Source: Eledone cirrhosa (lineage: Eukaryota). From it: DNA of 64,000 nt. Both the position numbers and the translations under genes were made by a program. The stretch lies in contig OZ024748.1 in NCBI GenBank assembly GCA_964016885.1, forward strand, positions 496,001 to 560,000. Reading direction: 5' to 3'. Shown in pieces: positions 39,315-51,900 of this stretch (position 1 is its first letter; the number at the start of each line of letters is the position of its first letter). The notes under the pieces are model-generated. The model made no database searches and had not been told where the DNA came from. It saw only the letters and a list, made by a program, of their open reading frames with translations.

Positions 39315-41141
39315 GCCGGTGTACTTAGTGTCACGAATGATCAGAAAAAGGAGGCCTGGAAATGTCATTATGAGAGACTGATGAATGTGGAGAACAAATG
39401 GGAGAGAGAGAAATTACCCTTGGTAGATCCGACAGAGGGACCAGCTATTGAGATTGACGAATATAGGGTCCAAGAGGCGATTAGGGAAATGAAAAATGGT
39501 AAGGCGGCCGGACCATCGGGAATAGTTGCTGAGATGCTGAAGGCATCAGGGGACGTAGGCACTAAACTGGTTGCACGCATCATCAATCAGGCTATATATG
39601 GTGGTGTCATACCCAAAGACTGGTGCAGCAGTATTCTCATAAATTGCTACAAAGGTAAAGGGGATGCTCTGGAGAGGAGCAATTATAGGGGTATAAAACT
39701 GATGGATCAGGTTATGAAAGTGGCAGAAAGGATATTAGCACAACTAATTAGAGAAAGGGTCAAACTAGATGAGATGCAGTTTGGTTTTGTGCCTGGGAAG
39801 AGTACAACAGATGCCCTCTTCTTGGTGAGACAAATGCAAGAGAGGTTCTTAGAGAAGAATAAGCCACTATACTTAGCCTTTGTTGACCTAGAGAAGGCCT
39901 TTGATAGGGTACCCCGATCTGTCATCTGGTGGTCCCTAAGGAAGCTAGGTGTTGAGGAATGGCTTGTGAGGACAGTGCAAACTTTGTACAGAGGTACTCT
40001 CAGTAAAGTCAGGGTAGGAATGGAGTTTAGTGAGGAATTCCAGATAAAAATAGGAGTACATCAGGGTTCGGTCCTCAGCCCGCTCTTGTTCATTATAGTC
40101 CTCCAAGCCATAACAGAGGAGTTTAAGACTGGCTGTCCATGGGAACTTCTCTATGCTGACGATCTGGTTCTTATAGCAGAATCAGTAGAGGAGCTAGAGA
40201 ATAAATTCTGGCTATGGAAACAGCAGTTGGAAGCAAGAGGACTGAGAGTGAATCTAGCTAAGACAAAAGTGTTGATGAGTAGAAAAGAGGACAAAACCCT
40301 GATTCCGTCAGGGAAATGGCCATGTTCGATATGCAGAAAAGGAACTGGCATAAATTCTATAAAATGCACACAATGCAGATCCTGGGTACACAAGAGAGGG
40401 ATAGCAGGCAAACTAACAGGTAGGGAGAAATATGTATGCAGTAGATGTACAGGGAAATTAGACAGTAGAAGTCGCACTGATAGACACATTTTTCAAATGC
40501 AAGAGGGCGCTATAGAAGTGGTGGATAGCTTCCGGTACCTAGGAGATCAGATTAGCATGGGAGGAGGGTGTTCCGAGGCCATAGTATCTAGAATAAGGAC
40601 GGGTTGGAAGAAGTTTAGGGAGCTGCTTCCTCTGTTGACGAAGAAGGGTTTCTCCCTGCGTACGAAAGGCCGGTTGTATGATGCCTGTGTGAGGAGCGCG
40701 ATGCTGCATGGTAGCGAGACATGGGCAGCAACTGCATAGGATATGCGACGGCTGGAGAGAAATGAGGCAAGCATGCTCCGTTGGATGTGCAGTGTAAATG
40801 TGCGTGAACAACCCAGCATAAATGTGTTGAGAGAGAAACTGTGTCTGAGAGGGATAGAATGTAGTGTACGGGAGAGGAGACTGAGGTGGTATGGACATGT
40901 GATGCGCATGGAGGATGACCGATGGGTGAAGAAGTGCCAGGAAATGCCAGTTGAAGGAAGACGTGGTAGAGGTAGACCACGAAAAACATGGGCGGAGGTG
41001 GTGAGAACAGACCTCAGATCATTGAAGCTCACGGTGGAGATGACGAGGGACCGTGACGAGTGGAGAGATGCTGTGCTGAATAAGACCCGTCCCACCCTTG
41101 CAAGCAGGGAAAAGCGGACGTAAAATGATGATGATGATGAT
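39308..41141 (+). mobile_element. RTE-clade LINE, 5'-truncated, RT region with premature stop
   Basis: RT motifs [41 protein letters not shown]; TAG at 40737; GRGRPRKTW C-terminus; (GAT)n tail. Confidence 0.95.
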
Positions 41142-41264
41142 ACATATATATATATACATACATACATATATATGTATGTAAAAGGTAAACAGAAATAACA
41201 ACACAATTGGTACAGTATATGGAAGGGATATATTAGGTTAATGCTTGATATAGCAGGAAGAGGG

Positions 41265-41300
41265 TCTTAACGTTTCGGATGCTAGTCCTTCATCAGAAGA
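41265..41300 (-). ncRNA. Minimal type I hammerhead motif
   Basis: UCUU CUGAUGA a GGA cuagca UCC GAAA CG UU AAGA; a degenerate homologue lies at ~34832-34870. Confidence 0.65.
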
Positions 41301-41957
41301 AAGAATGAGAAATAAGATAGATTGAGGGGACAGGCGGGGTGGAATTGGAAATAAATGTCTTTAGATAAAAATGACAGATCTATTCATGTTGACTTCTCTA
41401 AAATCAAATCAAGATAAGCAAAGTACACAATGGATAATACATTTTCTTAGTCAGACATGCTCTTTGAAATGTTTTTGATCAGAGGTGATGGGGTGTTGGG
41501 GGTGGTTAAACAACAACAACAATAATAACAACAATAACAATGGTTTAAAAAACACAACAAAGACATAAGGACAAAACAATTACCATAGAATGTAGAACTT
41601 TCTAGAATTTGTGAGGGTTGTTAGCAATATAATGGTAATTGGTACACAGAATTGGCAGCAATGATTGATGCCAATTTTACTACACTATAATCGTTCGTTA
41701 AATGTTAACGTACTAATGAACTAATGATATAATATAATTAAATTACAACCAAACTGTAAATTAGCTTTCATAATCACCTATTATACACACACACGCACAC
41801 ACACATGTGTATATTATATTTACTTATATACATGTTAGTGTATATTATGTAGACCTATATACACGCTTGTATACAAATACCAAATATTAACAGACATGGA
41901 CATCCACACAAGCACATAGATATATATACACATATATATATATACATATATATATAC

Positions 41958-42081
<124 letters not shown>

Positions 42082-42242
42082 GTAAAATGATGATACATAC
42101 ATTTACATATATACATGTGTGTGTGACCATGACAACATATCTAATCCATGCCAGCATGGAAACCACATAAAATGAGAGTGACACACACTCTCGCACTCAC
42201 ACTCATTCACACACACACACACACACACACATAGTAGTAATA

Positions 42243-42465
42243 AAGGTTTCTGATTTAGGCACAAGGCCAACAATTTTGGGGGAGGGGAGGAAAGTCGATT
42301 AAATCGACCCAGTGCATCACTGATAATTTATTTTGATCGACCCTTGTAAGGATGAAAGACAAAACTAACCCCAGCAGGATTTGAACTCAGAACGTAAAAG
42401 GAGGTAACTCTATGCCACTAAGTGTATTGTCTGACCCTCTACCACCTCTCTAATCCACCGCCCTT
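42243..42465 (-). mobile_element. SINE family A
   Basis: Consensus motifs. Confidence 0.75.
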
Positions 42466-42544
42466 GTATAGAAGTAATAATAAATACAGATACCAAACTT
42501 CAAAGAGGGCTCGATAAAGGTTGTTTATGTGTTCAGTAAAAAAT

Positions 42545-43288
42545 GTTAGCGCTAAAACATATGGTAAATCAGATCAACCAATGCCTACTGGATATGCTCC
42601 AAGGGGAGGTTCATACATATGTCCCTATTGACAAGTGAAGGTGCATGGCTTAGTGGTTAGAGCATTGGGCTTGCAATTGAGAGGTTGTGAGTTTGATTCT
42701 CGGACCGGGTGATGCATTGTGTCCTTGAGCAAGACACTTTATTTCACGTTGCTCCAGTTTACTCAGCTGTAGAAATGAGTTGCGACGTTACTGGTGCCAA
42801 GCTGTATTGGCCATTACCTTTCCCTTGGACAACATCGGTGGCATGGAGAGGGGAGACTGCATACATGGGTAACTGCTGGTCTCCCACAAAAACAAACCTT
42901 GCCCAGGCTTGTGCCTCAGAAGGGAAACTTTCTACGTGCAAAAGCATGGTCATTTGTGACTGAATGGGGGCCTTATTGACAAGGTTGAAGAAGACGGTGA
43001 AGTTGTTAATTATCCTGCAGAGTTCCTTAATAGTCTGGAACTTCCTGGACTTTCTTCACACAAATTGATGCTAAAGATTGGAACTCCCATCATCCCTTTG
43101 AGAAACCTGGACCCCACCACGTCTATGAAATGCCACACACACTTAACAGTCAGGTGGATGATGAACCATCTCCTAGAGGTCACTATTCTTGGAGGCAATC
43201 ATTAAGGGGATAATGTATTTAATCCCAAGATTCCTCTGATCCATTTCTCAACCGAGTTGCTGTTCAAATTCTCAAGACTTCGAGAGTA
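42545..43288 (+). pseudogene. Helitron-type PIF1 helicase fragment interrupted by a SINE
   Basis: ..VNQINQCLLDMLQGEVHTYVPIDK|VEEDGEVVNYPAEFLNSLELPGLSSHKLMLKIGTPIIPLRNLDP..EVTILGGNH*GDNVFNPKIPLI resembles the EFLNS..GLPPH.L.LK.G.P..LLRNL segment of Helitron helicases. Confidence 0.85.
42636..42973 (+). mobile_element. SINE family B with 10-bp target-site duplication
   Basis: tattgacaag at 42626-42635 and 42974-42983. Confidence 0.85.
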
Positions 43289-43749
43289 AATGAGATATTA
43301 ATTTTTTTTGTGTGTGATTATTTTTAAAGGTGATGTTTTGATTGAATAAATTTGTCATAAACATATGTTAGACATTGGACTTTAGGAATCAATCAATGAA
43401 CAAAAAGATTATTTTGTGATATGGTGTGTCTGTTAGGTAGGTGTGTGTGTGGGGTGGGTGGGTGGGGGGGAGAAATGTAGAAGATTTATAGATCAGTTGA
43501 CTCAAAATTGTTGACCTTGTGTCTAAATCAGAAACAATTATTATTATTAGGGCAGTGGATTGACAGTATTGGTAATATTGGTAGAGCGTCGGATAATATG
43601 CTTTGCGGCATATAGTTATGGCCCCTTATGCTTTAAGTTGAAATCTCACTGAGGTTAGCTTTCCCCTCACCGAGGTTAGCTTTCCCCTCACCTAAAATTG
43701 CTGGCTTTGTACCTAAATCAGAAATCATTATTATTATTATTGTTATTTG

Positions 43750-46410
43750 CATTGTCAGAGCTAAGGCACGTGCGCTGAGAAACGAGGGAACCAACGCTGT
43801 TCAGTGGGCCCGCGTGGCGGAGGCGCAGCGTGGTAATAAAACCACAATTCGGTCTTTGGCGAACCGAGACGGACACGAGATAAACGATTCCAAGCGGATG
43901 TGTGAGGCCTTTCGCCAGCACTTTGCTCGGTTGTTCGGGGAGAGTGGCGTGTCAGAGAGAGTAGCGGATTTCAGTCCCTACCTTGACGGCTTGCTGCGCA
44001 TCTCGACAGTCGACGCTGAGCGCTGCGAAAGGCCGATTACTTCAGCCGAAATTCAGGACGCCCTTGTCGGCTGCATGAGGCGCAAGTCACCCGGTTTGGA
44101 TGGCCTGCCCTACGAGCTTTACGTAAATATGCCAGACTTGTTCTCCGATCTCCTCGAAGCACTCTACTGTAACTGGCAGCAGAATGGGAGTATTCCCAGT
44201 TCTGTGAGCAGGGGAGTGGTGACGCTGATAAGGAAAGACGAGAACAAGAGGGATACATTAGACAACTTCAGGCCCATAACTCTGCTCAACACAGAGTTTA
44301 AGATTTTGGCCAAGGTGTTAGCAAAGAGATTGCCGCTTGTCGTCGAGGATTTGTTCGGGGAGGCGCAAACTTGCGCAATCCCAGCCAGGTCTATACATGG
44401 CAATCTCCACTTCATGTGATACATCATAGAGAGGGTAGGGTGTAAACCTGGCTTCGGTGGGGCACTGATCAATTTATATCAATCGAAAGCATTCGATAGG
44501 GTCGACCATTGGTATCTGGAGTTTGTCCTCAAAGCAGCTGGCTACGGCCCTGTCTTCAGAAGCTGGATCGCTGCAATGCACAGCGGCACACGCACGGTGG
44601 TCAAGGTTAATGGCCACCTCTCAGAACCATTTCGGCTCTCCTGATCGGTGCGTCAAGGGTGCCCTCTCTCTTCCCTTCTGTACGTATTGACTCTTGAGCC
44701 TTTACTGCGGAAGCTGGAGCTGTTGCAGGGCATCCCGCTCAAACTGGGACATGGAAAGGCAGTGTCGGCTTATGCGGACGACATCACCGTGATGGTGTCG
44801 AACACCTCAGAAATCAAGGTGGTCGGCACATTATTGAAGGAATATGAAAGGTTGACAGGAGCCAAACTTAACCCGGAAAAGTCGGTGGGCTTGCAGCTCG
44901 GAACCTGGAGAGGCAAGCCCATGCCGTCCAACAGCGTCGTGGGGCGCTGGACGGATGGACCGGTAAAGTTGCTCGGGGTTTGGTTCGGACCAGACCTCCA
45001 GGTGGAAAAGAATTGGGGCGAGGTAACGAGCAGAGTAGCCAGTCTCACCCAAAAATGGGCTGGGAGGAAGCTATCACTGAAAGGTCATGCGGAAGTGGCG
45101 AATGCGTACATCGCGTCCGTCATCTACTACCACCTGACCGTCGTGCCTTGCCCCCGTCCGCGCCTCGTCAAGTTGGAACGGCTCCTCTTCAAATTCTTGT
45201 GGAGGGGACAAGTTCCGTTGGTGAGGCAGTCCATCTGCTGCCAGCACCCTCTACGCGGAGGGCTGGGCATGCCGTGGCTAATGATGCGCAGACATGCGTT
45301 GAGGCTGCGACATCTCCAGATATTCTACCTCAACGGTGAACAGGTGTGGTCACTGTTTATCAGACGGGCCTTTCCGCAGCTCATTTCTTTGACTGAGCTG
45401 CAGTCCTGGGTCAAGAAGAGACCGAGACTGGGTGACTGGCACCTGGAATGTTGCTAGGCACTCACTGCCCTCTACCAAGCCGGCAATGCGTTCAGTGGAA
45501 CTTCCACTCTCAAGTTCTATAGAGGATTAGTGGTGGGCAAGTGCGATGACGCACTCGGAGAAGCTTTGGGCCTCGACGAAGTCGAACTGACCAGTCTGTA
45601 CCGGAGGACTTTTGAGCCGGGAAAGATGGACAATTTCCAGAAATCCCTTGCTTGGCAGTGCTACCGGGGGGCTCTGCCGGTTCGGGATAAACTCTACAGG
45701 CACGGAAGTGCTGTCCGACGGACCTGCCCAAGATGCGCACAGAACAACGAAACCGTTCTGCACGCACTTGTCCAATGTCCATGCATTACTGACTTGTGGA
45801 GTTATGTCGAACAGCTACTGTCGCATGTGGAACGAATCCGGCTATCGACCGAGTCCATAGTGAAGATCGACCTGCCACCTTCCTTTGGTTAGGAAGAGCA
45901 GGAAAATTTCCTGTTTGGTGGCAGTTGCGAAAGAGGTTATATGGTGGACCAGGTTTATAGTACTGAAGACAGACACTTTTCTCTTCGGCCAATCCCTCAT
46001 CAACTTCTGGAAAGGAAGGTGAGGGTGGAGAGAGAAGTGCTGCCCCTCAGTACATTTGCTAAAAGGTAGGTGAATGTGGCGAGAATGGCTCGTGTGAATG
46101 GGCCTACTCTGACCATGCACCTATACGCTAGCTAACTTGAGGAGAGGGGATGCTCTCCCTGGGTGCCCTAGAAGTGCAGGGTGGTTCAGGATTGGTGGGG
46201 TACCTGAGTCACCCCAGGGTCGTCCACCCCTATCGGGGAATTTATTTTGTTATATTTATGCATAGTTTATTTTATATTTTTATATCTTCATTGTTAAATA
46301 AGTCTTGCCATTGTGCACTTTTACTCGACCTTATTGTAAACCCCCCACTGTCCCTGTCTTTGTATTATCCCCTACATGTCGGCCCTTGTGGCTAATAAAT
46401 GAAATCATTA
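43750..46410 (+). mobile_element. Tx1/L1-clade LINE, 5'-truncated, ORF2 with several stops
   Basis: KSPGLDGLP, NFRPITLLNTEFKILAK, KAFDRV, RQGCPLS, AYADD and a C-terminal CPRC..ETVLHALVQC knuckle; attattattattgttatttg on both flanks. Confidence 0.93.
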
Positions 46411-46425
46411 TTATTATTGTTATTT

Positions 46426-46800
46426 GGCGGTGAATTGGCAGTATCGGTAGAGGGTTGGACGCCATGCTTTCTAGCATAGTTACGACCCTTTACAGTCTGA
46501 GTTCAAATCCCGCCGAGGTTGACTTTGCCTTTCATCCTTACGGGGTCGATAAAATAAAGTACCAGTAATGTACTGGGTAATTGCTGGCCTTGTGCCTAAA
46601 GTAGAAACAATTATTGTTATTTGGCAGAAATGGTCGAGCATCGGACACCATACTTTGCAGCATAGTTACGGACCTTTACATTCTGTGTTCAAATGCCGAT
46701 GAGGTTAACTTTGCCTTTCATCCTTATGGAGTCGATAAAATAAAGTACCAGTAATACACTGGCATAATTTCTGGCCTTGTGCCAAAAGAAGAAACAATTA
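46426..46800 (+). mobile_element. Two tandem SINE family A copies
   Basis: Consensus at 46426-46612 and 46622-46800. Confidence 0.8.
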
Positions 46801-46841
46801 TTATGATATTGTTATTTATGTATTTGTGTTTTGTTGTGTAG

Positions 46842-47050
46842 AACGATGCATGCCGCACGGAGTCCATCTGGCGTATGGCAACACTACGCAGGAGATGGTG
46901 ATTGTCTGGTGTTCAGCAGGCAACTGTTCCAGTTATGTGGAATATGGCGAATCTTTGTGGAATAAAAACTACACAGCTACAGAGACAACATCACACTTTC
47001 CCTTTACCAACCAGTTAGCCAGGCATTACTACCACCACGTGGTACTCACG
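46842..47050 (+). CDS. ACP7: ACP7-like purple acid phosphatase exon 2 (N-terminal FN3-like domain)
   Basis: tgtag| acceptor; (E)RCMPHGVHLAYGNTTQEMVIVW..VEYG..YYHHVVLT resembles the P-x-VHL..M-V-W..V-YG..H-V-L pattern of PAP N-domains; donor ACG|GTAAGA. Confidence 0.9.
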
Positions 47051-47074
47051 GTAAGATGTCAGACACTCTCACAA

Positions 47075-47617
47075 ACATTATTAGTATCATCATCACCACC
47101 ATCATCACCCACCACCATTAGTATCATCACCACCACCACCACACCATCATTAATACCACCACCACCATTAGTATCATCACCATCACCACCACCATTAGTA
47201 TCATCACCCACCACCACCACCACCATTAGTATCATCACCACCACCACCACCATCATTAATACCACCACCACCATTAGTATCATCACCATCACCACCACCA
47301 CCATTAGTATCATCACCACCACCACCACCATTAGTATCATCACCATCGCCATCACCACCACCATTAGTATCATCACCACCACCACCATCATTATTACCAC
47401 CACCATCACCATCACCACCACCACCATTAGTATCATCACCACCACCATTAGTATCACCATCACCACCACCACCATTAGTATCATCACCACCACCATTAGT
47501 ATCATCACCACCACCACCACCATCATTATTACCACCTCCACCATTAGTATCATCACCATCATCATCATTATCACCACTGCCATCATTAGTATCACCACTA
47601 CCATCATCATCACCACT
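47075..47617. repeat. CCA/CAT-rich intronic repeat with recurring ccattagtatcatca
   Basis: Visible. Confidence 0.9.
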
Positions 47618-47861
47618 AGGGATGGTCATGTTTCAAGTATTGCCAATAAAACACACACACACACTCACACTCACACTATTTGATTTTCACTTCAGCTTTA
47701 TTATTAGTTTTTCATTAGTTGGTCAAAGTTCTTTTGTCACATATTCCGTCACCTCCTCAATGACTGTTTCCGTCTGTGCCTCATCTTCTTTTGTTTCCTT
47801 CATCTTATGTTTCTGTATTATGCACTAGATTATATTGTGTATTATATAATTCATGTTCCAG

Positions 47862-47954
47862 GACCTTGTACCTAACACAACATACTATTACAGTATAGTC
47901 AACAGTCATGTGGTCACAGCTACCTACTACTTTAAAACTCCACCAAGCGGTAAT
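47862..47954 (+). CDS. ACP7: ACP7-like exon 3
   Basis: ttccag|DLVPNTTYYYSIVNSHVVTATYYFKTPPSGN|gtaagt, phase 0/0; matches L-P-T-Y-Y..F-T-P at the end of the PAP N-domain. Confidence 0.9.
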
Positions 47955-48307
47955 GTAAGTAGATATTACAGTTCATAGAATTATATACGTATGTGTTTAT
48001 TAGTGTGTGTGTTTATTGGTGTGTGTGTCTGTATGTTTGTTTGTGTACCTCTCTGTATGTGTGTGTCTATGTGTGTATGTTTATGTATGTGTACCTCTGT
48101 ACATGTGTGTGTCTGTCTGTGTGTATGTTTATGTATGTGTACCTCTGTGTATGTGTGTCTGTCTGTCTCTGTGTATGTATTTATGTGTGTCTGCGTGTGT
48201 GTATATGTTTATGTATGTGTACCTCTGTGTGTGTACCTGTGTGCTTGTGTGGCTGCTTTCATTTTAACATATATTATATAATCAAATTTATAACCCTTTT
48301 TCTACAG

Positions 48308-48457
48308 GACTGGTCTCCCTCATTTATCCTGTATGGTGATCTTGGAGTGGAATCCTTGCTCCATCCTGTCCTCACCCAAGCTGCCATGTCTGGTCAATAC
48401 TCTGCCTTCTTCCACGTCGGAGATATTGGTTATGACTTAGAAGATGATGGCGGTCAG
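48308..48457 (+). CDS. ACP7: ACP7-like exon 4 (metallophosphoesterase motifs I and II)
   Basis: ctacag|DWSPSFILYGDLG...FHVGDIGYDLEDDGGQ|gtgatt; DxG and GDxxY motifs. Confidence 0.93.
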
Positions 48458-48988
48458 GTGATTATGGTTTCCTCTGTATAGATTTATTGTATATATGTGG
48501 TTGTTGTTAGGAATGGCATCCAGCTGGAAAATCCCTGGCCAAATTTACAGTCCTCGTTGGAGCAAGGTATGGTGTGGCCAACTCTGGCTAGACATGTCTC
48601 CTAATGTGGATGACTCGTTTAACCCATGCAAGCATGGAAAAATGAATGCTAAACGGTGATGATGATAATGATGATGATAGACCCATAACTTGCGGTGGAG
48701 TCATAGAGGTGCCATAGTTACATACAGTATTTCTTGGGTATCTTTTAAAGTTTGGCAGAGCCTATGCCCTCTCCAGGTCTGGACACAGATGATTTCTTCC
48801 ACAGAATAAAAAAAAGGATTGGCAGAGAAGAAGAGAGAGAGAGAGTGTGGTAGAAAGGAAGTGAGAAAAGAGAGAGTGGTAGAAAGGAAGTGAGAAAAAG
48901 AGAGAGTGTGATAGAGGAAATGAAAGAGATGTTTAGTGATAACAGCTCTTTCCTATCACTTTCCACCAATCTTCTGGTTCTATATAAC

Positions 48989-51900
48989 TTTCTATCTGAA
49001 CCTCTGAACTAGCTAACCATCTCTCACTCTCTATCTGAACCTCTGAACTAGCTAACCATCTCCCACTCTCTATCTGAACCACTGAATCAGTTAACCATCT
49101 CCCACTCTCTATCTGAACCTCTGAACTAGCTAACCATCTCCTGCTCTCTATCTGAACCTCTGAACTAGCTAACCATCTCTCACTCTCTATCTGAACCTCT
49201 GAACTAGCTAACCATCTCTCACTCTCTATCTGAACCTCTGAACTAGCTAACCATCACTCACTCTCTATCTGAACCACTGAACTAGCTAACCATCTCTCAC
49301 TCTCTATCTGAACCACTGAATCAGTTAACCATCTCCCACTCTCTATCTGAACCTCTGAACTAGCTAACCATCTCCTGCTCTCTATCTGAACCTCTGAACT
49401 AGCTAACCATCTCTCACTCTCTATCTGAACCTCTGAACTAGCTAACCATCTCTCACTCTCTATCTGAACCTCTGAACTAGCTAACCATCACTCACTCTCT
49501 ATCTGAACCACTGAACTAGCTAACCATCTCCCACTCTCTATCTGAACCACTGAATCAGTTAACCATCTCCCACTCTCTATCTGAACCACTGAACTAGCTA
49601 ACCAACTCCCACTCTCTATCTGAACCTCTGAACTAGCTAACCATCTCCCACTCTCTATCTGAACCTCTGAACTAGCTAACCATCTCCCACTCTCTATCTG
49701 AACCTCTGAACTAACTAACCATCTCCCACTCTCTATCTGAACCTCTGAACTAGCTAACCATCTCCCTCTCTCTATCTGAACCTCTGAACTAGCTAACCAT
49801 CTCCCACTCTCTATCTGAACATCTAAAGTAGCTAACCATCTCCCACTCACTAACTGAACCTCTGAACCAGCTAACAATCTCCCACTCTCTATCTGAACCT
49901 CTGAAGTAGCTAACCATCTCCCACTCTATCTGAACCTCTGAACCAGCTAATCATCTCCCACTCTCTATCTGAACCTCTCAACTAACTAACCATCTCCCAC
50001 TCTCTATCTGAACCTCTGAACCAGCTAACCATCTCCCACTCTCTAACTGAACCTCTGAACCTGCTAACCATCTCCCACTCTCTATCTGAACCTCTAAACC
50101 AGCTAACCATCTCCCGCTCTCTATCTGAACCTCTGAACCAGCTAACCATTTCCCGCTCTCTATCTGAAACCTGTGAACCAGCTAACCATCTCCCATTCTC
50201 TATCTGAACCAGCTAACCATCTCTCGCTCTCTATCTGAAACCTCTAAAACAGCTAACCATCTCCCACTCTCTATCTGAACCTCTGAACTAGCTAACCATC
50301 TCCCGCTCTCTATCTGAACTTCTGAACCAGCTAACCATCTCCCACTCTCTATCTGAACCTCTGAACTAGCTAACCATCTCCCGCTCTCTATCTAAACTTC
50401 TGAACCAGCTAACCATTTCCCGCTCTCTATCTGAAACCTCTGAACCAGCTAACCATCTCCCACTCTCTATTTGAACCTCTGAACTAGCTGACCATCTCCC
50501 ACTCTCCATCTGAACCTCTCAACCAGCTAACCATCTCCTGCTCTCTATCTGAACTTCTGAACCAGCTAATCATCTCCCACTCTCTATCTGAACCACTGAA
50601 CTAGCTAACCGTCTCTCACTCTCTATCTGAACCACTGAACTAGCTAACCAACTCCCACTCTCTATCTGAACCTCTGAACTAGCTAACCATCTCCCACGCT
50701 CTATCTGAACCTCTGAACTAGCTAACAATCTCCCACTCTCTATCTGAACCTCTGAACTAACTAACCATCTCCCACTCTCTATCTGAACCTCTGAACTAGC
50801 TAACCATCTCCCTCTCTCTATCTGAACCTCTGAACTAGCTAACCATCTCCCACTCTCTATCTGAACCTCTAAACTAGCTAACCATCTCCCACTCACTAAC
50901 TGAACCTCTGAGCCAGCTAACAATCTCCCACTCTCTATCTGAACCTCTGAAGTAGCTAACCATCTCCCACTCTCTATCTGAACCTCTGAACCAGCTAATC
51001 ATCTCCCACTCTCTATCTGAACCTCTCAACTAACTAACCATCTCCCACTCTCTATCTGAACCTCTGAACCAGCTAACCATCTCCCACTCTCTAACTGAAC
51101 CTCTGAACCAGATAACCATCTCCCACTCTCTATCTGAACCTCTGAACCAGCTAACCATCTCCCGCTCTCTATCTGAACCTCTGAACCAGCTAACCATTTC
51201 CCGCTCTCTATCTGAAACCTGTGAACCAGGTAACCATCTCCCATTCTCTATCTGAACCAGCTAACCATCTCCTGTTCTCTATCTGAAAACTCTAAACCAG
51301 CTAACCATCTCCCACTCTCTATCTGAACCTCTGAACTAGCTAACCATCTCCCGCTCTCTATCTGAACTTCTGAACCAGCTAACCATCTCCCACTCTCTAT
51401 CTGAACCTCTAAACTAGCTAACCATCTCCTGCTCTCTATCTAAACTTCTGAACCAGCTAACCATCTCCCGCTCTCTATTTGAACCTCTGAACTAGCTGAC
51501 CATCTCCCACTCTCCATCTGAACCTCTCAACCAGCTAACCATCTCCTGCTCTCTATCTGAACTTCTGAACCAGCTAACCATCTCCCACTCTCTATCTGAA
51601 CCAGCAAACCATCTCCCACTCTCTATCTGAACCAGCTAACCATCTCCTGCTCTCTATCTGAACCTCTGAACCAGCTAACCATCTCCCGCTCTCTATCGGA
51701 ATCTCTGAACCCGGTAACCATCTCCCACTCTCTATCTGAACCAGCTAACCATCTCCCGTTCTCTATCTGAAACCTCTGAACCAGCTAACCATCTCCCACT
51801 CTCTATCTGAACTTCTGAACTAGCTAACCATCTCCCACTCTCTATCTGAAACACTGAACTAGCTAACCATCTCCCACTCTCTATCTGAACCACTGAATCA

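Noticed and set aside
40155-40165. CUGACGA string
   Set aside because: Part of the RT YADD codons
46826-47683. 285-aa ORF with a Thr/Ile-rich mucin-like tail
   Set aside because: Only 46842-47050 is exon; the rest is read-through into an intronic repeat past a strong GTAAGA donor
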